Positions 39,121 through 51,633 of a DNA stretch of 64,000 nucleotides are shown one piece after another. A program made the position numbers and the translations under genes. The notes beneath the pieces were generated by a model. It was not told the origin of the DNA. It did not search any database and saw only the letters and a program-made list of their open reading frames with translations. Positions within the stretch are counted from its first letter, which is position 1; the number at the start of each line of letters is the position of its first letter. The DNA comes from Kondoa subrosea (lineage: Eukaryota): the NCBI GenBank assembly GCA_039545335.1, contig BCIN01000008.1:693528-757527 (forward strand). The letters are read 5' to 3'.

Positions 39121-39519
39121 AGCGGAAGGTGTACAGTGCGCCCGCACTTAGATCAAAGCGCTGACACTGGCCAAATTCTGTGTAAGGAAAGCTTAGGTCG
39201 GAGGTGAACTCAGATCAGGGCAGCCAGGGTCGTCCTCTCTCTCTCTGTGAGGGTTGAGAGCGGGATGAATAAGGTGTAACGACCCTTCGCCTGAGTGCTG
39301 GCTGTGCTGTTCAGAAGCAATGAATGGAAGAAACGGAGAGAATGCCGCAATCAGTGGTTCCAAGTGTGGCAATTGTGCAGCAAGCAGGGCATAACGAGTA
39401 CATTCACACTGCAGTCGTTGCATATTCGTCCCTCTACGTATTCCTCTGAACGCGTTTCGTGTGTTTCTGAATTACTTCGCATTTCTGCCTCTCCTTTCCC
39501 AATTCTGCCATACCCTTGT

Positions 39520-42500
39520 CTACAGCTCAACTCTAGCCCTTATCTCCTCTACTTGACTAACAACGACAGAACTGGCACTGCTTGCGGCAGAACTGATGAC
39601 TGAACTGATCGAACTTGCATGTTCGCTGATTCCTTCGGGTGTGACCGAAATACCAGCAGCTTTCTTCGCTTCCCTCGTAGCAGAAGACAAGATTGAAGAT
39701 ATCGACTGAGAAGAAGGTAGAGCGTTTGCTGAAACGGAAGATAAAACGGATTGAGCAGATTGGTAAACCCCTTCTGCTGATGGTGTGGCTCCGACTAAGC
39801 TTGAGGCACTTCGAGTCGCTTCGTGATATACTGAAGAGATAGAACTCGGGTCGGCTAGACTTGATACCTCGCTTGCAATGGAGACAACGCTTGACGAGAC
39901 TTGCGAAGGCAAATCGATGATGACTGAAGGCAGAGCTTCCGAAACTTGACTGGAGGCTACAGAGTAGATACTTGAAGCTGATTTGGAGATGGAAGAGGGA
40001 TCGGGCAAGACGCTTGAGATCTGACTCGACACTACCGAAACAATGCTTGAACCGCTTGACGAGATTTGACTGATGTCTGGTACAGAGAGATGGTCATAGA
40101 CGGATGCTACGCTTGATGTAGCTTGGTCAACAATTGAAGAGACGGTGACAGAGGCTTGAACGTATCCTTCGGAAGCTGTACTGCTCAACTCGCTGGCAAG
40201 AGATGATGCGCCTTCAGTTGCCTGTGCCAAGTAGATTGAAGCAGATTCTTGTACGTTTGTAGGTGAAGGAGTTCCACCAGCAGCGACAACGATCGATTTC
40301 GATGCTTGAACAAGGCCATCTTGGGCAGCAACGTAAGCGTTTGCAGCAGCTTCTTTGGCCGCTATCCATTTCTCGCCAGCTTCATGTACTATTCCAAGTG
40401 ATTCTCCTCTCAGAACTTTGATACCGATCGTTCTTGCGGCGTCTAAGCGATCTTCAAAAGATTCGACAATGCCATCGACGCGGATTTGCAGAGCAGTGAG
40501 CTTAAGAAGAGGTGAAGCTGCATTTCGGCCGGTAGAAGGATTGTTTGCCAGCGAGCGGTAAACGTTATACCAGCGGTCTTCAGCTCGTCCAAATTCGTGG
40601 TAGCCTGTAAACGACAGATTCGCGACATCAGCATCAGACTGAACAGCGCTTCCGTCGACGTACGCTCCCAATCAGCATCCGAGACATCATTAAGAGAGGC
40701 TAGACCATCGCCAAGTTCTTCCTGTAGCGCAAACAGACGAAGATCAGATCTTGTCTGAACACTTCCTGAATCGGCACTACCTGAGCTTTGATGACCATCT
40801 TCTGCAGAGCAGCTCTGGCTTTCTCGACCGCCGCTTCTTCCTTCATCGACAACCCTCTCTTATACTCATCAATCTCATCACCAACCGATTCTCCTCTAGC
40901 TTCAATCTTGCTTCTAGCTTTACTAGTGATTGCTTCCGCATCTCCAACTTGTTGCTCAACAGTAGCTCTTCTTTCTTTTTTACCCCTCTTTTCGAAATAT
41001 TTCTCTAATCGGAGAATAGATTTCTCTCCTTCTTCTTGTAAATCTTTCAACCTTACTTCAAATCGATAATCAATATCCTTCATCGCTGAAGTCCTCAACG
41101 CATTCAATCTTTCAATCAGAAGCACTCGTTCTTTTGCTCCGAGAGTTTCAATGTCGTTCAAGTAGGAAGATTGACTAGCTAAGAGGGCAGAACGTTTTTC
41201 TTTCAAAATGGAAGAAAGTTCAGCTTCTTTTTCTTGTTGAGAGATGATTGGTTGTTGACCTGAACCGATCTTGACACCTTCTGTTTTCTGCGGTGCTGGA
41301 GTGACGATCTCAGATCGGAGTTGTTCAATATGAGCTGTAAGAAGCCAGCAAAAGAATTAAGCCGCAATTGTGTTATAGCCGTTGTCTGTACTTACAATCT
41401 AGTTCTTTTACATCATCAACTTTCTTCTCCTCTTGTATACGAGCATGAACTTCAGCTTCCACCACAGCTTCTTTCGATGCTTGTTGAGCTTGTCTCTCGA
41501 ATACTTTAGCTCTAACTCGATCCACTTGAGGTTGAATATAAAGGGAATGAACTCTTCTTAGCGAAGGTAAGACTCTAGTTTGGAAGAATCGAATAATCTG
41601 ATTCATGATACTAGCCAATTGGGGATGCACAGTCTGGAAATAAGCTTTTCTAGAGCTAGAGTACGATTTGATGATTGTTGGATGAGCTGTTTTCTGGTAC
41701 CATTTCTGGACTTGAGGAACAGTTCTATCAATCTGTTTCTTATACGAGCGGTACAGAGGAACAACATGGCGATTCGAATGTTTTCGAGCTGCTTGTAAAC
41801 GAGGTTCGACATTTGCTTGGTACAGATTTGACCCAATATTCTGATATCTTGATACGTGTGGGTGCACAAGACTGTTCCATTGATCTTCAATTCGACGCTG
41901 AAGAGGTTTAAGTTGCCCGTGACCCATTTTGAGGCCCTTTAGAACTTGAGGATGCGCTTTTTGATAGTAAAGGGATTGAGCTTTCAAGAAAACTGGTTTA
42001 GCATAACCATGTGCTCGATTGTAATGAGGTTTCAAGGTTTCTAGGTAGGGATCTGTTGCAGCTAGAGCTTGTTGAAGATAAGGGTCGTAGTAAGGTTTGA
42101 CCGCATTGATAGCTTGCGAGCGATAATGTGTGGCCGAGTCAAAGGCTCGACACACTGCCGCTTCGCTGGAGTTACGGCATGTGAAGGCATAGGCGAAAGC
42201 GAGGTAAGCCAGAACGAGAGTAGATGTCCACCCTGCTTTCTTTTGTTGCGCTCGCGTTGTCAAAGGTCGAGATGTTACTTGTTGCTGAGGTTTCTGATGA
42301 GCTTTAGACTCTAGAATCAAAGATTGCAGCACAGACTCACCTGAAGCTTAGCCATACTTTGTTCGTCGACCAATGCCTGCAGTCGCACTTCCTCCTACGA
42401 GATGGCAAAGGATGTTAAGCATCTAATAACTAAATAAGTCTCGTGCTGCTCACCTCAGAAACAAACTTGATAGGCTTATTGAACTTCACGTCTTTCAATT

Positions 42501-42752
42501 CCTGCTCCAAATCCAGAGGTTCTGGCTTTGCACTAGATGCTGACTCGTTTGCAGGTGTAGATGGTAAGGGAACAGATGCAGCCACAGGTACAGGTATAGC
42601 AGCTGAAGAAGTCGAAGCTCTAGGTTTCTTTAGATTCGCTGCTGAACTTTTTCTGGGTAACTATTGAATGCAGCGAGGTAGGTAAGCGCAGATCAGGCGT
42701 GTTGAGCTTATCGTTGACGAACAGAGGGAGGACCACTACGCGTTGTGACCAT
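39520..42752 (-). CDS. Single-TM, coiled-coil, Ser/Ala-rich protein (She10/Osw7-like), C-terminal RVEL
   Basis: TM segment followed by a Cys pair, KPY/HPY helical repeats, coiled coil, and a Ser/Ala-rich tail ending RARVEL*. Confidence 0.6.
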
Positions 42753-43829
42753 CAAAATCGACGCTTATGAAAGAGCATGGCAATTTCCGCATGACATCAA
42801 AGCAGAATAACGCGCTTTGGTCTCGCGATCTACAGTGAGGAGTGGTCCAACAAGGAGATTATTACCAGCCTATTTGCTCAAACCATGATGCTGACAAATC
42901 GCTTTACATTACAATCCTACGTATATACCAGCTACTAGAGCAAGAGTATATACTAGACTTTCCCTCTACTATATTGCAGCATGCTGCCAGCAGTGAATTC
43001 ACGTTGTAGCGTCTTCTAGAGAGTCAAATGTCCATATTACATCGGTAAGTAATCGAAAAATCAAGCATATCGTCCAATGACAGTCTCTGGATAGGCAGCA
43101 TATCAGTATGTAGGCCAGTAATCATAGTCGAGGTGCTTACTAGCAGTGAGACCATTACTTGAAATCCCGACGTCAGCTCTCTCACTGTGATTTGTGAAAG
43201 GGACTGAGTGATTCCACATGAACCGCATGCCACAGCTCTGACAGAAAAAGGGAAAGGGCAAGTGGAGAGAGATTAGAAAAGAGAATATGAGATGCACTCG
43301 CTGAAGTTATGCGATGAAGGGAAGAATCACTCTGCATCTCTAGAGCTACTAGTAGATTTCCAGGGCTCCAAGCAGACAGCATTTTCCTCAAATAAAAACA
43401 CAGTTCCTGATCATCCACAGAGATCGCAGAGAGGATGGGACGAGTAGGTAAGACTTCACGAGAACGAGAAGGTCAGGCGGGGCAATAGGAAATTGACTGC
43501 ATGTCAGTTTTTCGCTAACGAGCAAAGTTCAAAGTGCAAACTTCAAAGTCATTGGATAAAGAATGAAAGGCGCAGGCACGCTACATGCGATTGGACGTGC
43601 GAGGTAGTCGCTTTAAGCAGAAAGTCATTGCCTGTGCAGATCTGAGAACTTTGACTGGCACGCGCCATCGAAGCTTACTACTACACTAGACTACACACGT
43701 GCGTTGTGCAGCGAACGCAGTCAGCATGTCCAGTCGCGTAATCAAATGAAGCCCATCAGAGACCTTTTTATAGAATTGCCATAGTCTCCACTTTTCCCTG
43801 CTTGCTCTTCTTCTGCAGCTACGACGATC

Positions 43830-46343
43830 ATGAAGCTCCCCTTATTGCTTTTAGTCATTGCCTCTGTAGTCACTGCTCAAGACTTTCCTTCCTATGCTCC
43901 GGTCTATGTGTCTTGCTCAAATGCTACACTCATCCGAGAAGCGGGCGTAGCAACTGGAAACAACCAGTCTCTCTCTCAACAGGAATCCAACTATCTCAAA
44001 CAGCGCAGAGAGAAAGTCCTGCCTGATGCCTATGCAAAGTAAGCTCTTTACTACAGTAAAATTCGGGAAACCGCTGACCGAAGTATTGTGTAACAGGTAT
44101 TTGAACAATGTCAAGAATGCAACAAAGGGAATGAACTTGCCTGATTATGTTAGCAAGATCATGTCCAATTCAAACGCTACCCAACTGCCTCATGTTTCGA
44201 TCGCAACAAGTGGTGGGGCTCAATTTATCCTATTTCTAAGCCGAGACATCTAAATGAACCTCTCCTCTCTAACAGGCGGAGGCTATCGAGCAGCTTTGTT
44301 TGGTGCTGGTGCGATGATGGCTCTCGATGGTCGAAACGAGACCTCAGTCGCATACGGAACTGGTGGTTTGTGAGTTTGACCTCATCACTTGACTGTCTGC
44401 TGCTTGTCTTGATGCAATGTTTCCAGCCTTCAAATCATTGACTATCTCGCTGGACTATCAGGAGGATCTTGGCTGGTCACGAGTCTTGCTCAAGCAAAGT
44501 AAGTCTATCCTCCTTTTAGGATGAATTCTGCTCAACTTCCTGCATGTTCAGCTTCCCTACCTTCCCTGAATTGACCGGTGTCGTCTCTACTGAGCCAAAC
44601 AGCGCCAAGGCCTCGGCCAACAACAATGCTTTTGGCGGCTGGAACACGCAATACGATCTATTTACTCCAGCTGCGGTGCTCAACTTGACCAACGCGAGCA
44701 CCTTGGATACTCAGTATGCTGCTGGTATCTTGGGCGAGATGGGCGAGAAGTAGTATGTCAAGGTCGCTTGCATCAGCACTATCATTGTTTGCTCATGTCT
44801 TTGCTTTTCTTACGTTCCAGTAAAGCTGGTTTCCCAGTGACGTTCGGAGACTTCTGGGCTATAGCTTTATCGCGACACTTCATTAACGGTCAGTTCTTCA
44901 GTAAAGTTAGTTTACGCAAGGCTGATTAGATGAACTCAGGGACTACACCGGAGAACTTTTTCAATACTTCTTTGCCTCATGGTGCTGGTCTTACTTTCAG
45001 TGAGATTGCCAACACGTAGGTTTCCCGCTCGCAGTACAATAGGTTCATCGGTAACATATTTCTATTCCAGATCTACGTATCAAGACTACAAACAGCCCTT
45101 CACTATCATTACTGCCAATGTCGAAACTCCTGGTGAAAATCGTTCTACCATCCTTTCGGGCGAATTCACTCCTCTAGCTAACACCGCTTACGAAATGAGC
45201 GTTTTCGAATTCGGCTCATGGGATCCTCAATTAGCTGCCTTCACACCCACTAAATATCTCGGAACCGATCTTAACAAAGGTGCTCCTCAGAACGATTCTC
45301 GTTGCGTCAAGAACTTCGACAATGCTGGTTTCCTCACTGGAATTAGTAGCAATCTCTTTGTATTGTACAACACTACTCAAGCTGCTTTCTTGAACTCCAC
45401 TGTTGGACCAGTCATTTCTATCATCAACTCGACTTTCAAGCAACCAGATCAGCAATTAGATATCTCAGGTGAGTTGATACTATTAGCGACGCCGGGAGAT
45501 AAAGGCTGATGAGTTTACGCTCAGCTGTTCCAAATCCTTTCTACGGTCTAGGCAATAGCATGTACTTGGATTCAGATGAAACTCAGCTTCGATTGTTGGA
45601 CGGTGGATTGGATGGAAGAGTTACACCCTACGCACCTCTATTGATCGCTGTGAGCGGTAGCATCATTTGTGGTAGCTGAACTTCTCCTGACTCTGTTCAT
45701 GCAGGCTCGAGGTGTCGATGCCATCTTCGCTATCGATGGTGTGGCCGACACAACTGAGAACTACGCTGATGGCGCCTCAGTCATCGCTGCTGCCGATCGA
45801 GTCAAGATCTATGACACGTACGTTCTGTCATGCTTTCCTGCAGGCACAGACTGAATTTCCCACAGCACCTATTCATTCCCTAATGTACCAACAAACGTTT
45901 CCGTCTTTGCCAGCCAAAACTTGACTTCACATCCTACCTTCTTTGGCTGCAACGACGATGTCCATAACCCTTTGATCATCTACCTAGCCAACTCTCCTCC
46001 TCTTATCGATAACGGGAGAACAATCACAAACACCAGTACCAATCAAATTCAATACCCTGTTTCTCAAGTATCGACTTTCCTTGATGGCGCTTATGATATT
46101 GCTGTAAGAGGTTATCCTCGTGCTAATGCTACTGGTTTGGCTGCTTTGGCTGATCCGGAATGGCCTGCTTGTTTGGCTTGCGCTGTTACTGAAAGAAGAC
46201 GTTTCCAAATGGGAGCTAAGAGGGATGGAGTTTGTCAAACTTGGTGAGTTTCCTTCCTGTTCTAGTTATGCAAGTGCTAGCTGATGCGTTTTAATAGCTT
46301 CGAAAGATACTGCTGGCTTCCTGAAGGAGAAACATTGATCTGA
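43830..46343 (+). CDS. Secreted lysophospholipase / phospholipase B
   Basis: Signal peptide, SGGGYRA, GLSGGSW (GxSxG), LLDGG, C-terminal CLAC...CFERYCW. Confidence 0.94.
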
Positions 46344-46510
46344 AGCAGCAGCTCAGATTGAGGCAAAAGGGACACAAGGACAATTTGAAAAGGGAACAAA
46401 TGTAACATGAATCATTGAGAATGTCAAAACAGCCTTGAAGCTGTGTAGAGTACTTGCACTTCATCGCATAGAGCATTCAACCTATAATACAGAGCATCGT
46501 ACACACAAGC

Positions 46511-47465
46511 TCATAGACCGCCAAAGATATCATCGATTTCATCCTTCATGCGCTTCTTCTTCTTTGGCTTATGCACCAGTACTTCTTCTAGCTTTCTCTT
46601 GATTATTGGCTCGGGGAGTGATGAATGTTCAGATGTAGATGGAGCTATTGACTCCGCAGGTATCTGACTATTCTTTGTTGGTGAAGCTTTCGAGACTTGT
46701 TCCGCTGCTTCTTCGTGCCCGGAGACCAATTCAAGAGGCGACGACATACGACTGGGCTTGTTGCTTGATGTTTCAATCACTTCTGTGGAGATAGCTGGTA
46801 GAGATGCAGCCTTAGCCTGTAGCAACTCAGTAATGATCTGTATACCTCCGTGTGGAGTTATTCACCTTGTTTAGCTGATCCAGTACCACAGCAGAGAGCG
46901 CTACATGGGCCAAAAGCTCTTCAGCTATCGAATTGATCTTGGCGACGATCGCTATAAGAGTGAGAACGAGAGGCATGAATGATTCGAGAGCGATGATTTG
47001 CCGGAGTGCACTAATCACAAGATGAATGATAATTTTGACCTGAAAGTCTCTTCACATACAAGTATGCTCTGTTGGCAGCTGATTGTACCTATAAAGCGAG
47101 TTAGAACATTCCAACAAAGGAGAACAGGAACGCTTACTGCCTCAATCGCTTGCATAAGTTGTCTACTACTCTTCTGTCGCCTCACGCTACCATCCTTCTT
47201 AGTTTCATCCTTTCTACGACTATAATCAGAACCACTCGAGCTGACCGATTGAAAAGACCTACTTCACAGTGAATCTTTCCAGCAGATGTTCGATATCCTT
47301 TTCTAATCTACTAGCAGCTCTCTTGACCTCCTGCACTTTCCTCCAAAACGGGAAACCTCGATATTGGTTTTTGCTTCGATAGAGCAAAGCGTCGAGCAGA
47401 ATCAGTTCGGCGTGTAATGCCTTGTTACTTTTCACGAAAGGCTTGATTTTGAGATGTGCAGACAT
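46511..47465 (-). CDS. RNase MRP subunit Rmp1 / Nepro N-terminal domain-like protein
   Basis: E..LL..LLYRSKNQYRGFPFWRKV, FMPLVLTLIAIVAKI, C-terminal KKKK..DEIDDIFG. Confidence 0.75.
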
Positions 47466-47846
47466 GATTGGTAACACCGCACGACCCAGGCAAGACCTAA
47501 ACAAGTGCGCTCTAAGAGAGAAAGGGATTTGAGAGAGGTCGATAGATACTGCAGTCTTTCTTGCAACCAGAGGAATCAAGGAGGGTGGAAAGTCTAGCAC
47601 AGTAAAGTAGACGAGCGGTGGTCCATATTAACAGATCAGTCTAATGCTGACTCGGAGGGACTTGTTGAATTACGTAATCAGGGCAGTTGTCATGTAAAGC
47701 TTGCAGAGCAGTTAGGGCAAAGGCGACCACAGGTTTCAAAAGCAGATTCACAAGGTCACGGCCAACTCTATCACAAGCTGGAGCGATCGGCTGTTCCATT
47801 GCCTGAAGTCAATCGTAGAAGGATGACTTGTATTCGAATCAATTGT

Positions 47847-49220
47847 CTACATTGCAACTTGATGTCCTGTCGCCTGCCCTGCCTCCTTTTCCTGATCTAT
47901 CAGCTTTTGAGCTTCTTTCGCAGCTTGCCTAGCTTTCGCCTTCGTCGCTTCAGTCTCCGCTGCATCGTCTCCTTCGTATAATTGCTTGATCGCGATCCAG
48001 CGGTCATCAGTTCCTGTTGTCCGCTGAAAGAGGATATACTGGATCGAAAGAGATTTAACATCTGGATAAGCGAGTAAGAGAAAGGGAAAGCTTACTTCGA
48101 CAACATCATCATCTTTTTCGTGGTAGATTGTTGCACCGGATGCACTGGTAACTGTGAGTTCCTGTTTACTTCGGAATTGGGTAACAATCTGTAATGAAGA
48201 AATGTAAAGACTTGTATACTATACACAGAGGGAAAGCATTACCTGAATGACTAGTTCTGAGGTATCAAAAGGATTTGGAACCCCTCTCATACAAGGAAAC
48301 TGAATGTCCAGATCCGTTACATAGATTTGTGGTTTTGCGAAGAAGGCTCTAGGGTCAACCATTCCCTTACTGATGGAGACTGGTTGCCTTCTGACTACTG
48401 TTTTGCCTTGAGGATCTAAATTCCATTGAGCCGCCCAGTGATTTTGTATAGATTCACGTCTTCTCTGCGCTATTTCCGATTGGAATTCTGCTGAGGCGAC
48501 ACTGTAAAGAACTTCCATTCGACCACTATAGCAATTATCAACTCAAAATTTGTACTGGCAGTGAGGAAACAAACGTTTCTTTTGCTGCGTTTATTCGTAA
48601 GTATGCAGCTCGAGCGGCATCATAGAATTCTTCTCGCCAAAATTTGCCAAATCGACGATCTTTACAGAGCGTGTCTTCACTGAACATACACATAATGATC
48701 AGAATGAAGCATTTTTGTAGATAAAAGACTACTGACACTTGAGCGTTCAGCACATCATTCCTACGATCCGCAAACCATTGCTCAAAAGTTCTCCAATCCC
48801 TGATACCTATTACTTTGCCCAACCAACTTTCAGGTGATCGAGGTCTTCTTCGCTTGACAGGCTTGATATAATGGGCTAGTCAAGTGTTCAGCTATGTAGT
48901 GCTGATACGAAGGAGTGCCAAGGCCTTACCAAATACACCTACAGTAGCAGGCTGAAAGATTGCTATAATTCAGCATGAAATTGACCAATCCGACAAAAGC
49001 AAGGACATACAGTAAATGTAGGTTGCTCTTTCATCATAGCCAGCCGAGCAGTTTGCTGTTGAGCTTTCTTAGCATCTTCTTCCGATAAATCTGGATTTTG
49101 TGCTGCTTCTGCTGCTACCGTCGAGGCATATCTTGTGAGAGCACTGCAGCATGGCTGAGCTACTCTAGCTCTAGATATTGGCCGCCTAGTCAAAGGTATC
49201 AAGGAAGTCGACGCTTTCAT
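47847..49220 (-). CDS. Mitochondrial Tim44-like domain protein (Mba1/mL45-like)
   Basis: Presequence ending TRYAST; C-terminal QIVTQFRSKQEL...VVEYILFQR...W NTF2-like fold pattern. Confidence 0.6.
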
Positions 49221-49719
49221 CGTTGATCAAGAGCAAGCAAGCGATATGGGAGATCAGCACCAGCTCAATCATGCGGCAAACGCGATCAGTCTGCGAGGCG
49301 ACAAAGGCTACCGCAAGAGTCTCTATATGATCTTCACTAGACCCTCTATTTGGCTTGAATTGCTAAGACCAAATTGAACAAACATACATTCGTAGCCAAT
49401 CTGCTGAGCAACTCTAGGCAGATAAGGGGAAGCGCTCGCTGCTAATCTGACCATGGAGCGTCTCACACTACTTTAGATCGGGTAGATTAGCTACGAAGCG
49501 GTAAGACATCGTGAGACGAACTTTAGTTGCTGCTCTTGTTCAGTACCTGCAAGATGCTTGCAAGACTTGCACCTGCATGATATTCATCTACTGCAGTTTT
49601 CATGGCGAGTCAGATATAGAAAGACGGCTGACGGGTTTGAGCGATCAGACGCACCGTATGTTTTGAATACTACATCAAACAGCTTTAAAGCTGCGTCGAC
49701 GCTTGAACAAGCCAGCTGA

Positions 49720-50624
49720 CTACTTCTTTGCTCCTTTCTTGCCAAATCGAATCTGATTGGGAACAAACATCCTGCTTGCGCTGAACTTGTCTACCAAACT
49801 GTCCATCTCATGATCCTCCTTCTGCTCTTGCACCTGATCGTGATTGATTGTACTTTCTTCTGGCTGTTTCGGTAGTTCACTGAGCGATTGAAGTGGTTCT
49901 GGACTTCTTGAAGCAGATGAAGCAGATCGAGAACCGTCCATTTGATCGGGTCGAGCTTTCCAATCTGGTCGAACTAGACTGACAGCTGATCCATATTTCT
50001 TATAGAGATCATTCAAACCTTTGGCAGGCAAAGAGAAGTAGAACTGGCACGCAATGAGCGAGGTTCATGTATGTATGCAAAGATAAGGGAAACATACTTG
50101 TTTTGGATATTGATGAGCATCAATCAGATGAAGTCGACGAGTTTTAGGCGTTGAGAACTTCCTAGTACACAGCGATTCGAAACAGGCGAACTGTGCTTGA
50201 AGAATCAGCTCTACTACCTGGACGAAAGACATAGCAAAACATACAGTCTTCTCGCCTCTTTCAGCTTTGACAGCTATCAGAGGATCATGACATTCGCTGA
50301 AGTGCAAATTCAGGTATCGCTCGTCTGGAAAGATCTTGCTGCAGTCCGCTTGCGTGCAAAGAAAAGCGTGATGCGACGCATGATGTGCTTCCAAAGCAGG
50401 ATAGGAATCAAAGACTGTAGGTTTCGATGCAGAACAGGTAGGAGGAAGTGTGCAAGCATAAGAGATAGGGCTGCGAGTAATGGAGACGAATGAGATTGTT
50501 TACTTTTGAGACCACATCGAGCTCACGCTAGAGGTGCATCGGACTTGCTGGACTTGACAGCTACAGATGATCCATCATCAGAGTCGGAAGAGCTCAAAGT
50601 GAGCGACCGTTTTCTTCGGTGCAT
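49720..50624 (-). CDS. C2H2 zinc-finger protein, ZNF511-like
   Basis: C..KIFPDERYLNLHFSECHDP, FACF..C..KF.TPKTRRLHLIDAHQYP, FVPNQIRFG. Confidence 0.85.
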
Positions 50625-50820
50625 CGTCGCACAAGCCAAGAGCGCTTCAAGTTGTTGAAAACAAGCAACGACTGCATTACGAGATTTGTGCCGTCTTGTA
50701 GATCAGCGATGCTTTGTAGATCAAGATCTTCACCACATCGACGAGGCAGGACGATAGAAGAGCAAAGTAAGAAAAACATGAAGTTCGGATATGATTACTA
50801 AGCAATGTTACACTGCACAG

Positions 50821-50994
50821 CTAATCGACACGACCCAGAAAATACATACGATTTAGCTGCGAGAAGTCTATTAGTGCATTCCGCACTCCCTTTAGCCATC
50901 GAACAGCCCTGCTGCCAAATCTCTTCGGCTCTCTTACAGCGACTTCATCTTCTTCCTCGTAATCATCGAAACTGCGCTTGCGGGAAGAAGACAT
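50821..50994 (-). CDS. Putative small protein (57 aa unspliced) MSSSRKRSFDDYEEEDEVAVREPKR...
   Basis: ATG in a CCCATGTC context downstream of an acceptor-like CTTTAG (~51113); possible intron GTATGT...TAG near 50850-50800. No homology recognised. Confidence 0.3.
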   Translation of the reverse strand: MSSSRKRSFDDYEEEDEVAVREPKRFGSRAVRWLKGVRNALIDFSQLNRMYFLGRVD

Positions 50995-51180
50995 GGGTGT
51001 CTATCATTCTGCTATAACTTCTCGATCAGCCACTTCTTCCAAGAATTCCTCATTGTCGAAATCTCGTTGCACTCTTCCTCCAGATCTTTTCACTAAAGTG
51101 TTGGAGTATAAGGCTAAAGAACAATGCAAACGAGAATGAGCATGAGATACCATGCATAAGAGAGTAACAAGCAAAAGAAG

Positions 51181-51345
51181 ACTGCGAAACCCAAAAAGAC
51201 CAGAACAGAGCGCTCGATTTTCGATAACGGAAGCACTTTTGACCGGCGTATGCGCTGGAAAGTCGCAAGACCGAAGGCAATACCGTTCAAAAACAACGTC
51301 CAATCTCAGATTCCTCAAGCCATTAACCCAGCGGCCGACCACGGG
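51181..51345 (-). ncRNA. Structured RNA candidate, copy A (unidentified family)
   Basis: Paralogous to 51468-51633. Fold shared with copy B through compensatory changes; G-U pairs form only on the minus strand. Confidence 0.6.
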
Positions 51346-51467
51346 AGGACGACGGACAGGAAAATTAGTGAATGGAAATCATTGATGAAGAGGTCGAATC
51401 GAGCAGAAAGACGATGATCGACAGAATGGGATCTCGTAGCTTAATGTATGAGAAGAAAGGAGACTTA

Positions 51468-51633
51468 ACTGCGAGACGACAAGAAGACAGAAAGAGGAGC
51501 TCATTTCACGAATCGGATACACTTTAGACCGGTTTACACGCTGGAAAGTCGTGCGACCGAAGGCAATCCTGTTCAACAATGCACAAACCAATCTTCGACC
51601 CAATCACTCAGCCCCTGGCCCATAGCGCAGGGA
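51468..51633 (-). ncRNA. Structured RNA candidate, copy B (unidentified family)
   Basis: Core 51539-51567 is 26/29 identical to 51253-51281, and all differences fall in a tetraloop. Confidence 0.6.

Noticed and set aside
51270..51312. TPP riboswitch-like words (CUGAGA, GAAC, CCAGCG)
   Set aside because: No CUGAU-P5-UAAU module; CUGAGA is not conserved in copy B.
51325..51352. HDV-ribozyme-like CCUCCCGUGG; hammerhead-like CTGGAAA-stem-CGAA nearby on the plus strand
   Set aside because: No P1 partner for an HDV fold; the hammerhead core CUGANGA/GAAA is not met.
51240..51585. Resemblance of UUUGAACGGUAUUGC / GCAUUGUUGAACAGGAUUGC to the SAM-II/SAM-V riboswitch loop, next to MET6
   Set aside because: The required 3' GC-U-AA SAM pocket strand and the P1 topology are missing, and the structured strand is opposite to MET6.
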